Shown one piece after another: positions 39,503-49,179 of a stretch of 64,000 nucleotides of DNA (positions within the stretch are counted from its first letter, which is position 1; every line of letters begins with the position of its first letter). The notes beneath the pieces were generated by a model. It was not told the DNA's origin and did not search any database. It saw only the letters and a list, made by a program, of their open reading frames with translations. The stretch lies in NCBI GenBank assembly GCA_963707025.1, contig CAVPOM010000009.1, positions 96,001 through 160,000 on the forward strand, read 5' to 3'. This DNA is from an uncultured Verrucomicrobiae bacterium (GTDB lineage: Bacteria > Verrucomicrobiota > Verrucomicrobiia > Limisphaerales > Palsa-1400). The translations under genes and the position numbers were made by a program.

Positions 39503-40977
39503 GGGTTGGGTGGAGAGTCGGGTTGGTTCTTGGAGTCGTAAAGAGAGAGGTCTGGCGCGGGCAGATCCAACTCCAGCAGGTCTTGTTGCCGAGTCAGGTG
39601 CAACGCGCCGGGTTCCTCGGGCGGATGCTGGCGTTGCTGTAAAAGGTTGGCGATGTATTCGCAGGAAAAAGCCTGATAGGTGAAGGCGTCTTCCATGGCG
39701 CGAGCGACCGCTTCGACGCCATAAAGCTCGCTCAAGGCGACGATCTTCTGGACGTGATGTTTGGGATTGAGACGCCGCTGTTCCAGTTGCTGATAGTAAT
39801 CGTCGGCCTTGGGGCACAGGGCCAAAAAGCGCAGGTAGAGCTTTTGCTCGCGTGCCTTTTTACGGTGCAAGAGCAAGGGCGCCACATGGTCGGGCAACTC
39901 GTAGTCCTGGTTGCGGTCGTAACGGCGCACATGTTCGGCCACCAGCTTCTCCTGGTCATAAACCAGGAGCCGGTCGGCGAACCGTTTCAAGGTGAGCTGG
40001 CTCGACGCATACTGGCAGGGGACCGAATAACGGTTGCCATCAACGATGATGCGGAACTGACTGTTGACCCGGACGGGGCCTACGACGGCCGCCTCATAAG
40101 GCAGCGGATGGAGGGGCTTGAGGTTTTCCTGGGTGAAGAGTTCCTGGGGCGTTTTTTGGGTCTGACCGTGAACCCGGATATTGGCCACCGTGTCCAACCA
40201 ATAGCGCGCCGCCGGATTAACGGCTTGAAAATCCGAGAGTTGCAGACCGTTGAGGAAGTTCTTTTTGACATATCCCACGCCATTCTCGACGCGCCCTTTT
40301 TCCTGGGGCTGAGATGGGCCACAGGCTCTGATTTGAAAACCGTGATGGTTGGCAAAATCCAAGTAACGCGGGTTGAACGTGATCGAGGTGCCGACCCGGC
40401 TCAAGACGGCGACCTTGCAGTTATCGACCCAAACCTGGCACACCACCCCACCGAAGTATTCCAGGGCGTGCTGGTGGCAGGCCAGAAAATGCTCCATCGT
40501 TTCGGCCAGCGTGAACTCCAGATACATTTTGCGGCTGAAGGCCAGCACCATGATAAAAAAGGACAGGCGGCGCTGGGTGGATCCCACCGGGACCGAACCG
40601 GCGCATCCCCAGTCCACTTGGGCGCACTCTCCGGGTTCAAAGTGGAGCGTCAGGAAAGCCGGCCGCGGTTTGGGGCGCACCTGGCGCACGAACTCCTTGA
40701 GGATGGTGTAGCGTCCCTGGAAGCCCCGCTCCTTGAGTTGCTGGAAAATCTGCTGGGCCGAGTAAGCATGTTGTTCCAACAGGCGGACGATGTTGCCCTT
40801 GAACGGATCAAGTTTGCTGGGGCGCTGAGGGATGGCGGCGGGCTTAAAACTCTCCCGCCCGGCCCATTTGCGGACGGTGTTCAAACCCAGTTTGAGTTCG
40901 CGGGCGATCTGCCGCAGGCCCAGCTTCTTTTCGGTGAACAACTGCCGAATCTGGCAATAGGTTTGATAATCGATCAT
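39499..40977 (-). CDS. istA: IS21 transposase IstA
   Basis: N-terminal HTH; PGECAQVDWG, VDNCK, EKGRVE and DGNRYSVP motifs. Confidence 0.95.
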   Translation of the reverse strand: MIDYQTYCQIRQLFTEKKLGLRQIARELKLGLNTVRKWAGRESFKPAAIPQRPSKLDPFKGNIVRLLEQHAYSAQQIFQQLKERGFQGRYTILKEFVRQVRPKPRPAFLTLHFEPGECAQVDWGCAGSVPVGSTQRRLSFFIMVLAFSRKMYLEFTLAETMEHFLACHQHALEYFGGVVCQVWVDNCKVAVLSRVGTSITFNPRYLDFANHHGFQIRACGPSQPQEKGRVENGVGYVKKNFLNGLQLSDFQAVNPAARYWLDTVANIRVHGQTQKTPQELFTQENLKPLHPLPYEAAVVGPVRVNSQFRIIVDGNRYSVPCQYASSQLTLKRFADRLLVYDQEKLVAEHVRRYDRNQDYELPDHVAPLLLHRKKAREQKLYLRFLALCPKADDYYQQLEQRRLNPKHHVQKIVALSELYGVEAVARAMEDAFTYQAFSCEYIANLLQQRQHPPEEPGALHLTRQQDLLELDLPAPDLSLYDSKNQPDSPPNP

Positions 40978-41345
40978 GCCGCACCTCCCAGCGCCTTGCG
41001 CAAAATGTCCCCCACGCTGACCGGGCCCGACCGGTCTCCGCTGACGGGTTCCAAGCTCAGGACCTGGTAAAGAGGTTTTTCATAGGCAATCAGCCCGGCT
41101 TGGACCAATTGCTGGCGGCTGGCCGAAAGACCCACCTGATCTATTTTCAAGCGCCGCATCAGCGAGGCGTCGGAGTAGTAGCTCAGTCCCTCGACGTCGG
41201 CCACGCTGGTCAGGAACAGGTAGAGCGCCCAAGCCGCGTGATCACACCGGAGGAAGTAGTTTTCCCGCACCAGCCGGTGATCGATCCAGCTGAACTGGGG
41301 CGGGACTTTCCGGAGCCGCTCCGGATTGAGGACACGTTTTTTCAT
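40974..41345 (-). CDS. IS21-associated small wHTH-like protein
   Basis: FSWIDHRL...ALYLFL..VAD.EGLSYYSD...L...GLIAY...YQVL; 4-bp overlap with istA. Confidence 0.75.
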   Translation of the reverse strand: MKKRVLNPERLRKVPPQFSWIDHRLVRENYFLRCDHAAWALYLFLTSVADVEGLSYYSDASLMRRLKIDQVGLSASRQQLVQAGLIAYEKPLYQVLSLEPVSGDRSGPVSVGDILRKALGGAA

Positions 41346-41841
41346 GCAATAATCTTTCAAGGTTCATGCCGGGCACCATGCCCAGAATGTCGTGTCCCTT
41401 GCTTACCAAGCGCCGGGCACTGGTGGCGATGTCGTCTTGCAAGGTACTGCCGACGAACATGGAGATAAGCCCCACAAACAGAGGCACTTGCATCGAACAG
41501 AGGTCTTGTAAGGTACAGTCGGGAGCATTTTTCGCAACTTCTTGTGGCGCAGGAACTTGCTGCGAACAGCCGTCTTGTAAGGTACGGCACCGGTAGCGAG
41601 CGGTGTTTTTCCAGTAGCCCGGGTGCTCCTTCTGCCAGTCGCGGGCTCGCTGGGCGTTCTCCTCATCCCGGAAGTAATTTTCGTTCTCCGGCTTGGCCAG
41701 CCATGCCCGCATGAGCTCGCGTTTTCTGGCCTTGCGGCAGTCGGGTTTGAGGCAATAGCACTGGCGTTGTCCACCCCGGTAATCGGGAAGAAAAAGTTCG
41801 TTGCAGTGCAAGCACTTGCGTCGGGGTTGCGGCGGCTTCAT
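41242..41841 (-). CDS. IS21-associated Cys-motif hypothetical protein
   Basis: CLHC...QCYCLKPDC, W...HPGYW and three TLQD repeats; first ORF inside the IS end. Confidence 0.7.
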   Translation of the reverse strand: MKPPQPRRKCLHCNELFLPDYRGGQRQCYCLKPDCRKARKRELMRAWLAKPENENYFRDEENAQRARDWQKEHPGYWKNTARYRCRTLQDGCSQQVPAPQEVAKNAPDCTLQDLCSMQVPLFVGLISMFVGSTLQDDIATSARRLVSKGHDILGMVPGMNLERLLHEKTCPQSGAAPESPAPVQLDRSPAGAGKLLPPV

Positions 41842-42072
41842 CGGTTCCAAAATCAAAAGGAACCAGTATCGGAAAACGGAGCCGAAGAACGGAAGAAAAT
41901 CCAGCCGCAAGAAAAATCAAAGGGGAGAAGAAGGAAGAAGATTTTTCAGCGAATCCTCCGAAGAAAATCCACAGGAAGAAGATCCCATTCTAAACCGCCC
42001 GTTTTGCATCCATTCGACTTCGCCCTTGGCACGCTTCGTGAACAAGCTGGAAGAAATGCAAGAGAAGCGCCG

Positions 42073-42861
42073 ATGAGCAGCCCAAGAATGGCCAAAAGAA
42101 CCGCCACAGCCAAAGCAACCAGCCACACGACGCAATGCTTCGCCGAGCTGCTGTCCCACGACCCGGAACTTTCAGCCCTCCGAGCCGACTACACGCAAAA
42201 GTCCGCGACGAAGCGCCGGGCGGCGGCGGAGTGGGTTTATGACGAAAGCATCAGCAACAGCCTGTTTGGGGCAGCACTGGCGCGCCTTCAGGGCGAGCGA
42301 TTGCCTGCGCCCGGGTGGCCCCCGGGATTTGCCGCCTTGGCCATTGACCCGGAATATGCTCCCGCTTTGCTGACGGTTGGCTGTTATGAACATGGCTGCG
42401 GCCGGAAGGCGGAAGGCATGCGGTTGCTGCTCCAATTGACGCAGCTTCCACCAAATACCGCAGACTGGATTGAAATCATCGACAAAGCTGGCCAGTCACT
42501 GATGGACGCGGGCGATGCCGCCGGAACCTGCCGCTTGTATGAGGCCGCCTTGGCAGCCAGTCCTTGCGAGCAGGAGTTCATTATTGGCCTGGGTTGGGCG
42601 TTGTGCCGCGCCGGCAAACAACAGGAAGCCCTCCCGTGGCTGGAAAGGGCCGTCGCCAATACCCCCAACAATTATTCGGTGCTCAATGACTATGGCTGGG
42701 GGCTGGCGGAATTGGGGCGATTCGACGAGGCACAGAAAGCCTTGGAGAGAGCGGTCCAGCTTGCCCCTGCGACTTACGACCTGCCTGCCAACAATCTGAA
42801 ACGCTTGCAGCAGTTGCGGGAAAACGCGCAACCGCGGAAAGGGACGCGGCAGATCCAATGA
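42073..42861 (+). CDS. Tetratricopeptide repeat protein
   Basis: TPR-like helices (LGWAL..AG..QEA..WLERAV; YGWGLAELGRFDEA..ALERAV). Confidence 0.8.
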   Translation: MSSPRMAKRTATAKATSHTTQCFAELLSHDPELSALRADYTQKSATKRRAAAEWVYDESISNSLFGAALARLQGERLPAPGWPPGFAALAIDPEYAPALLTVGCYEHGCGRKAEGMRLLLQLTQLPPNTADWIEIIDKAGQSLMDAGDAAGTCRLYEAALAASPCEQEFIIGLGWALCRAGKQQEALPWLERAVANTPNNYSVLNDYGWGLAELGRFDEAQKALERAVQLAPATYDLPANNLKRLQQLRENAQPRKGTRQIQ

Positions 42862-43461
42862 AACCACCCTACACCCCCCCGGCAAGGCCAGTTCTTGGCC
42901 TACATAAACCACTACATTACCCTGCACGGACGTCCGCCGGCGGAGGCGGAGATGATGCAATTCTTTCAGGTCACACCTCCGAGCGTCCATCAAATGATTC
43001 TGACCCTGGAGCGTCGCGGGCTAATTTCCCGCGTGCCGGGCCAGGCGCGAAGCATCACGCTGCGCCTTCCCGCCGAAGAACTGCCGCCTTTGCAGGGCGC
43101 CACGGCAACTGCCACCATCCACCCTCCTCCGCCCAAGACCGATGACCACCCTGCCATCGACATGGAAACCACTTTGCTGCGTTTCGGAAAAATCCAACTC
43201 GATCACTGGTTCAACTTCAACGACCAAAAGCCACTCGACGACTCCGAGTTCGTCCCGTTGTTGGATATGCTCATTGACTCCTTCGCCCACGCAGGTTTGA
43301 GCGCCGCGCACGTCCAACAACTGCGCCGTCATGCCTGCGAGCTGTACCACCGCTATTGCCATCAATCCGAACCTCAGAGCACCTTCAAAGAAGACATCGA
43401 GCTCATGCTCAACTACTTGCCTCCTCCCCTGAAGTCTCGCTGGCAGGAGGCTCTCACCTGA
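42858..43461 (+). CDS. LexA/MarR-like wHTH regulator; apparent +1 indel in the C7 run 42874-42880
   Basis: Removing one C gives MKPPYTPRQGQFLAYI..Y..LHGRPPAEAEM..FF.VTPPSVHQMI.TLERRGLISR.PG.ARSI. Confidence 0.75.
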
Positions 43462-43516
43462 TTTGCCTTTTGCCGAGACGCAGAAGAAATATGGTCGTAT
43501 GCAATTGACCATTTCA

Positions 43517-44237
43517 TCATCCCTGGATGCCGCGGATGGCCGATTGTGGTTCAACAGGTAAATCGGTCAATGGGGTGGCTCGTGGTCGTCGCCTGCGGTT
43601 GCCACGGCTTTCCGCGAAGGCGTGAATGTCCTTTTCCCCGGAACGGAGGAAATCCAGAAAGTCCACGCCCATGTATTTGCAGGTTTCACAAAGGCTCAAC
43701 AGAACCAAGTAGTCTCGGAGCCCCTTTTCGGTGGTGATTCCACCAATGATCTGACGAAGCGCCGCGAACGCTTTGACAGCGTGTTCAGCGTTGTTGTTGT
43801 TCCAAGGTACCCCGTCAAAGCTCAGAAACGTAAAGAGCTTGTCCCGGTTTTTCTCCAACCGCTCTTTTAACTTCACCGCTGATTCGCTTTGAAGGATCAG
43901 TTCGGAAATCCGCCGGTAGAATCCTTCCACAGCCGCCAAGTGCTTCCTCAAGAAGCGGCTCTTCAAGCCGTGCCGATCAATGCTCTCGACCATTGGCTTA
44001 AGCAAGAGCGCAAAAGCCAGTGCGATCTTTTTTAATTCCTCGTCGTAGGGGTGCTTCAAAACATCGTCGTTCAAGTCCCGTATCAGGTGGATCAGGCACT
44101 TTTGCTGAGGGCAGTGGATTGAATCGTAAGCCGCGTAAAAGTCAGACACCAAAACGCCCTTGAAGTCGTTCAGCATGGTATTAAGAAGTTCGCCCTCTCG
44201 TGTCTCCGCATATACGTAGGCCACTTCCTCCATATTC
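43517..44237 (-). pseudogene. IS66-family transposase C-terminal fragment, cut by IS3
   Basis: GVLVSDFYAAY, QKCLIHLIRD and PWNNNNAEHAVK motifs; 5' part missing at the IS3 junction. Confidence 0.85.
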
Positions 44238-45731
44238 TGAGGTGGACCCCATCCTTTAGACCACGGAGCGCATGAAATAAGCGCGACTTTTGCCGATTGC
44301 TGTCATTACTAATTGTAGTTGACTACTGTTCATTCCGTGTTTCAAAACCCTTTCGAAAAGAGAGAACGAGCGATGCGGAGCACTGCCCGTCCTCCCTCTC
44401 CGTTTTCTTAGGGTTCTCAACTCTACCGCCGCAGGCGGTCTGATTTCAAGCCTTTTCCTGCCGCCTGCCTCTCTGTCAAGTGCTGCGATCGCTCCTGCCT
44501 CTGGCAGGTTGCATCGCTTCCCATTTGGCCGGTTGGGCTCCATGCGTGCCGGGATCAAAATACGCGTCCGCCGGCGTCGCATAGCCCAACGCCTGGTGCG
44601 GTCGTTCCCGGTTGTAGCCGTCAAACCACCGGCCCAGTCCGCGCCCTGCCGCCAACCCGTCGCCATAGTCTTGCAAATAAATGTCCTCATACTTGGCGCT
44701 CCGCCACAGCCGCTCGATAAACCGGTTGTCCATCCAGCGACCCCGTCCGTCCATGCTCACGTCCACCCCCGCCGATTCCACCGCATCGATAAACATCGGG
44801 GAGGTGAACTGCGATCCCTGGTCGGTATTGGAAATCAACGGCGCCTGACGCCCCGCCCGCAACGCCGCCTCCCAAGCGTCCACACAAAAGTCCGCCTCCA
44901 ACGTGTTGCTCAAGCGCCATCCCAGCACGTAACGACTCCACCAATCCATCACCGCCACCAAATACATAAACCCAGTTGCCATAGGCACATACGTAATGTC
45001 CGAACACCAAACCTGATCCGGTCCCGTCACTGCCAAATTGCGTAACAGATACGGATAAATCTGGTGCCCCATCTCCCGCAGACTCGTCTTGGGCTTGGCG
45101 TAAATCGCCTCGATCCCCATCAACCGCAGCAGCCGCACCACCCGTTTGCGATTGATGGTCAAACCCTCCCGGCGCAACAGCACGGTCAGTTTGCGGCTGC
45201 CATAAACCGGGTGGTCCAAATGCATCTGGTCCAACCGCCGCATCAGCGCCAGGTTCTCCTCTGTCTCCGGACAGCACTGGTAATAATAACTGCCACGGCA
45301 CACCGCCAGCAGCTCGCACTGGCGCCGCACGCTGAGCTGCGGATCGGGAGCGATTAAACATGTTAAAGCCCCAGTTGCCTGGACTTTTTTTTAAGCCAGT
45401 CCAAGTCCACCGTCAGTTGGCCAATCTTCTCATGCAGTTGGGCAATCAACTGTTCCTGATCCTCCGTGCGGGGTTGCCCGGGCTCAAACAATTCGGGCAT
45501 GTGATCCCGAATCGTCGCCCGCCACTGCGTGACCTGCGCCGGATGCACCGCATACTCTCGCGCCAATTGCGCGACCGTCTTCAGCCCCACCAGGGCTTCG
45601 AATCCCACTTTGGCCTTGAAGGCCGCACTGTGTCTTTTCCGTTTTGCTTTCATAAGTCTGCTCTTTCTTATCTACAGCAAACCGGCAAAAATCGAAACTT
45701 ACCTGTGGTCTAAAAATAGGGGTCCAGCTCA
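44238..45731 (-). mobile_element. IS3-family element, copy 1 (no TSD)
   Basis: IRs TGAGGTGGACCCCATCCTTTAGACCAC / TGAGCTGGACCCCTATTTTTAGACCAC; flanks ttc and gtc differ. Confidence 0.95.
44476..45653 (-). CDS. IS3 transposase OrfA/OrfB (programmed -1 frameshift)
   Basis: OrfA 45363-45653 (HTH); OrfB with W.SDITY, TDQGSQFT, DNRFIERLWR; A8G slippery site at 45384-45392. Confidence 0.93.
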
Positions 45732-46204
45732 GTCTTGTTGTCAATCAACCAGGCGTGATACTAATTGATGAGCTGGAAGCTCACCTTCACCCCTCGTGGC
45801 AAAGAACAATATGTGAATGGCTCAAAGCACGGTTCCCGCTCGTTCAGTTCTTTATTACTACACACAGCCCATTGATCCTTCAAGCCGCTGACCCAGGAGG
45901 CATCTTTGTGTTACCGTTGCCCAATGAAATAGACGCAGGAAAGACAGTTCGCCGCCTGACCCCACAAGAACAGCAACGGATTGTTTTGGGGCGTGCAGAG
46001 AAGGTGCTTTTGGGCGAAGCTTTTGGCCTAAAACGAACTTGGAGTGTGAAAACGGACAATCTTGTGCTTGAGTGGGAAGCCCTATCGGCAAAGCGAGAAG
46101 CCACGGGTTCTTTAGCACCACCAGAGCAGCGGAACTTTGAGCGGCTTACCGACCAGATGAAATTCGTTTTCGACGAGAATCCTTCGGAGATGACACATGC
46201 GTAG
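45732..46204 (+). pseudogene. C-terminal part of an AAA/ABC ATPase (PtuA-like), 5' truncated by IS3
   Basis: Walker B/D-loop VILIDELEAHLHPSWQR and H-loop QFFITTHSP. Confidence 0.85.
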
Positions 46205-46550
46205 GTTTCTCCAGCGTCCGGCAATTCCCGACGCCGTACAGATGAAACTGAGGGAGAAGACGGAGGAAATTGTTCGAGTTCCTGTTGGCGTTGCTCGCAA
46301 ACAGAAAGCACGACAAATCTATGAGGCGTGTCGAAAGGCACAATGGTTCGAACCCGTTGTGGCCGCGCTGCGTGGCCTATGTGGACAGGGCGAACTCTGC
46401 ATGTATTGCAGTTCGAACGAGCCGTCACAGGTGGAACATTTCCGACCGCTTGCTGTCTTTCCTGAAAGGGCTTTGGAATATCAGAATTACCTTTGGTCTT
46501 GTGATATATGCAACCGAGCGCACAAAGGAGACCGATTCCCACCAGATACC

Positions 46551-48043
46551 TGAGGTGGACCCCATCCTTTAGACCACGGAGCGCATGAAATAAGCGCGAC
46601 TTTTGCCGATTGCTGTCATTACTAATTGTAGTTGACTACTGTTCATTCCGTGTTTCAAAACCCTTTCGAAAGAGAGAACGAGCGATGCGGAGCACTGCCC
46701 GTCCTCCCTCTCCGTTTTCTTAGGGTTCTCAACTCTACCGCCGCAGGCGGTCTGATTTCAAGCCTTTTCCTGCCGCCTGCCTCTCTGTCAAGTGCTGCGA
46801 TCGCTCCTGCCTCTGGCAGGTTGCATCGCTTCCCATTTGGCCGGTTGGGCTCCATGCGTGCCGGGATCAAAATACGCGTCCGCCGGCGTCGCATAGCCCA
46901 ACGCCTGGTGCGGTCGTTCCCGGTTGTAGCCGTCAAACCACCGGCCCAGTCCGCGCCCTGCCGCCAACCCGTCGCCATAGTCTTGCAAATAAATGTCCTC
47001 ATACTTGGCGCTCCGCCACAGCCGCTCGATAAACCGGTTGTCCATCCAGCGACCCCGTCCGTCCATGCTCACGTCCACCCCCGCCGATTCCACCGCATCG
47101 ATAAACATCGGGGAGGTGAACTGCGATCCCTGGTCGGTATTGGAAATCAACGGCGCCTGACGCCCCGCCCGCAACGCCGCCTCCCAAGCGTCCACACAAA
47201 AGTCCGCCTCCAACGTGTTGCTCAAGCGCCATCCCAGCACGTAACGACTCCACCAATCCATCACCGCCACCAAATACATAAACCCAGTTGCCATAGGCAC
47301 ATACGTAATGTCCGAACACCAAACCTGATCCGGTCCCGTCACTGCCAAATTGCGTAACAGATACGGATAAATCTGGTGCCCCATCTCCCGCAGACTCGTC
47401 TTGGGCTTGGCGTAAATCGCCTCGATCCCCATCAACCGCAGCAGCCGCACCACCCGTTTGCGATTGATGGTCAAACCCTCCCGGCGCAACAGCACGGTCA
47501 GTTTGCGGCTGCCATAAACCGGGTGGTCCAAATGCATCTGGTCCAACCGCCGCATCAGCGCCAGGTTCTCCTCTGTCTCCGGACAGCACTGGTAATAATA
47601 ACTGCCACGGCACACCGCCAGCAGCTCGCACTGGCGCCGCACGCTGAGCTGCGGATCGGGAGCGATTAAACATGTTAAAGCCCCAGTTGCCTGGACTTTT
47701 TTTTAAGCCAGTCCAAGTCCACCGTCAGTTGGCCAATCTTCTCATGCAGTTGGGCAATCAACTGTTCCTGATCCTCCGTGCGGGGTTGCCCGGGCTCAAA
47801 CAATTCGGGCATGTGATCCCGAATCGTCGCCCGCCACTGCGTGACCTGCGCCGGATGCACCGCATACTCTCGCGCCAATTGCGCGACCGTCTTCAGCCCC
47901 ACCAGGGCTTCGAATCCCACTTTGGCCTTGAAGGCCGCACTGTGTCTTTTCCGTTTTGCTTTCATAAGTCTGCTCTTTCTTATCTACAGCAAACCGGCAA
48001 AAATCGAAACTTACCTGTGGTCTAAAAATAGGGGTCCAGCTCA
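46551..48043 (-). mobile_element. IS3-family element, copy 2, 3-bp TSD ACC
   Basis: Near-identical to copy 1 (one A shorter near 46668); ACC at 46548-46550 and 48044-48046. Confidence 0.95.
46788..47965 (-). CDS. IS3 transposase OrfA/OrfB (copy 2)
   Basis: Translations identical to copy 1. Confidence 0.93.
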
Positions 48044-48811
48044 ACCGAACCCGGAGAGAATATACTGAACCCACTGGAGGACGACGTTTGGGAGTATTTT
48101 TTTATCGAAGAACAATTCGGCAGATTGCTCTGTCGTGTTGACCCAGTAACAACCGCACGGTTGCCACGGGCGGTTAGCACTTGCAACGTGGTTGGCATTG
48201 ACCGCGAAATTGTTCAGCATAAGAGGGTCAGTCGTTACCGCAATCTGCGGCGCGACGCCCAACGAAATCTTCTTGAATTGCGAGCGGGAACTCTGAATGC
48301 TCATACTTTAAGGGCTGAGATCTCCGTTTGGCGATCCGAGCCTTTCCAGGAAGATGTCGCAGATTATTTTCTAAATGGTCCTGGCCGCTCAAAAGAACCA
48401 TTCAAATCGCTGTTAATTGCTGCCGGAGAGGCAGTGCCGTGAAAAGGCCTCGGGTACCATCAGTTTGCGATAATTCCGGGAACTCAAGTATTTGCATTGC
48501 AGTTGCAAGGATGACGTGTTTTGGGATCGGTAACCCAGGGCGGCGCTCGCAGACTCGCTTTGCCCCGGGCTGTTCTCGTTCGTGCCGTTGGGGCGGAAAG
48601 ATGTCGCGGCGGCGTGGTTTGTGCGGCAGATCGGGCAACTTTACCCAGTGGAAAAGGAGTCGCGCAGGCTTGATGATTCATCACTCGTCTCCTCCTCAAC
48701 TTCCGTCGCGGTTTGGATCGTGGCCCTGGAGCGGGAAATGAAGGATGCGCTCCTTGTTGCCGTTTTTATCCCGCATTTTTCGGGAGTCGGCTTTGGGGCC
48801 ATTTTTGGCGC

Positions 48812-48840
48812 TTGACATACATAGCGATGCCATGTATTGT
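48812..48840 (+). promoter_or_regulatory. Sigma70 promoter with palindromic operator; leaderless padR transcript
   Basis: TTGACA-17-TATTGT, ATG 6 nt after the -10 box; palindrome TACATaGC-gat-GCcATGTA at 48818-48836. Confidence 0.7.
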
Positions 48841-48846
48841 GGCACT

Positions 48847-49179
48847 ATGTTGAGCAAAGAACTTGTGCCGGCTTCGACCGAGCCGGTGATCTTGTCGCTC
48901 CTGTCCAGGGGTGAGAGCTACGGGTACGCCTTGATCCAGGAAGTGAAACGGCTTTCCGGGGACAAGATCGAATGGACTGATGGGATGATTTATCCTGTGC
49001 TGCACCGCATGGAAGACGAAGGCTGGATTGCGTCGCGTTGGGGCCAGGCGGAGAATGGACGCAAGCGCAAATATTATTCGCTCAAAAAGGACGGCAAAAA
49101 AGCATTGCAGAGCCAGCGCGAACAGTGGGTTACCGTTTCAGGGGTGTTCAAGCAATTATGGAAGGAACAATATGTTTAA
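48847..49179 (+). CDS. PadR-family transcriptional regulator
   Basis: ILSLL...ESYGY.LI, GMIYPVLHRME..GWI and RKRKYY motifs. Confidence 0.93.
   Translation: MLSKELVPASTEPVILSLLSRGESYGYALIQEVKRLSGDKIEWTDGMIYPVLHRMEDEGWIASRWGQAENGRKRKYYSLKKDGKKALQSQREQWVTVSGVFKQLWKEQYV

Larger units (their letters stand above)
38353..42031 (-). mobile_element. IS21-family element with accessory ORFs and a passenger gene, 3679 bp, 7-bp TSD CGCTTCG
   Basis: TG...CA ends; 19-bp perfect IR GGATGCAAAACGGGCGGTT starting 20 nt inside each end; TSD at 38346-38352 and 42032-42038. Confidence 0.92.
37815..42076 (+). pseudogene. Hypothetical protein interrupted near its 3' end by the IS21 element
   Basis: 37815-38352 joined to 42039-42076 reads ...EEMARFVNKLEEMQEKRR*; its stop overlaps the next ATG at 42073. 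Confidence 0.75.
46197..48442 (+). pseudogene. HNH endonuclease (PtuB-like) split by IS3 copy 2
   Basis: CMYC...VEHFRP...NYLWSCDICN..K...; 46197-46550 joins 48047-48442 in frame (..PPDT|EPGENILNPLED..). Confidence 0.85.

Noticed and set aside
41623..42072. N-terminal extension of the TPR ORF (412-aa track call)
   Set aside because: It runs through the IS21 end; the real start is the ATG at 42073, coupled to the upstream stop
42874..42880. Phase variation at the C7 tract
   Set aside because: The tract is short and similar indels occur in housekeeping genes; cannot be supported without reads
44238..48043. Composite transposon formed by the two IS3 copies
   Set aside because: The outer flanks (ttc/acc) do not match; copy 2 has its own TSD and the interrupted HNH gene continues beyond it
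45732..48442. Retron system
   Set aside because: No reverse transcriptase or msr-msd is visible in the window; only the ATPase/HNH pair can be supported
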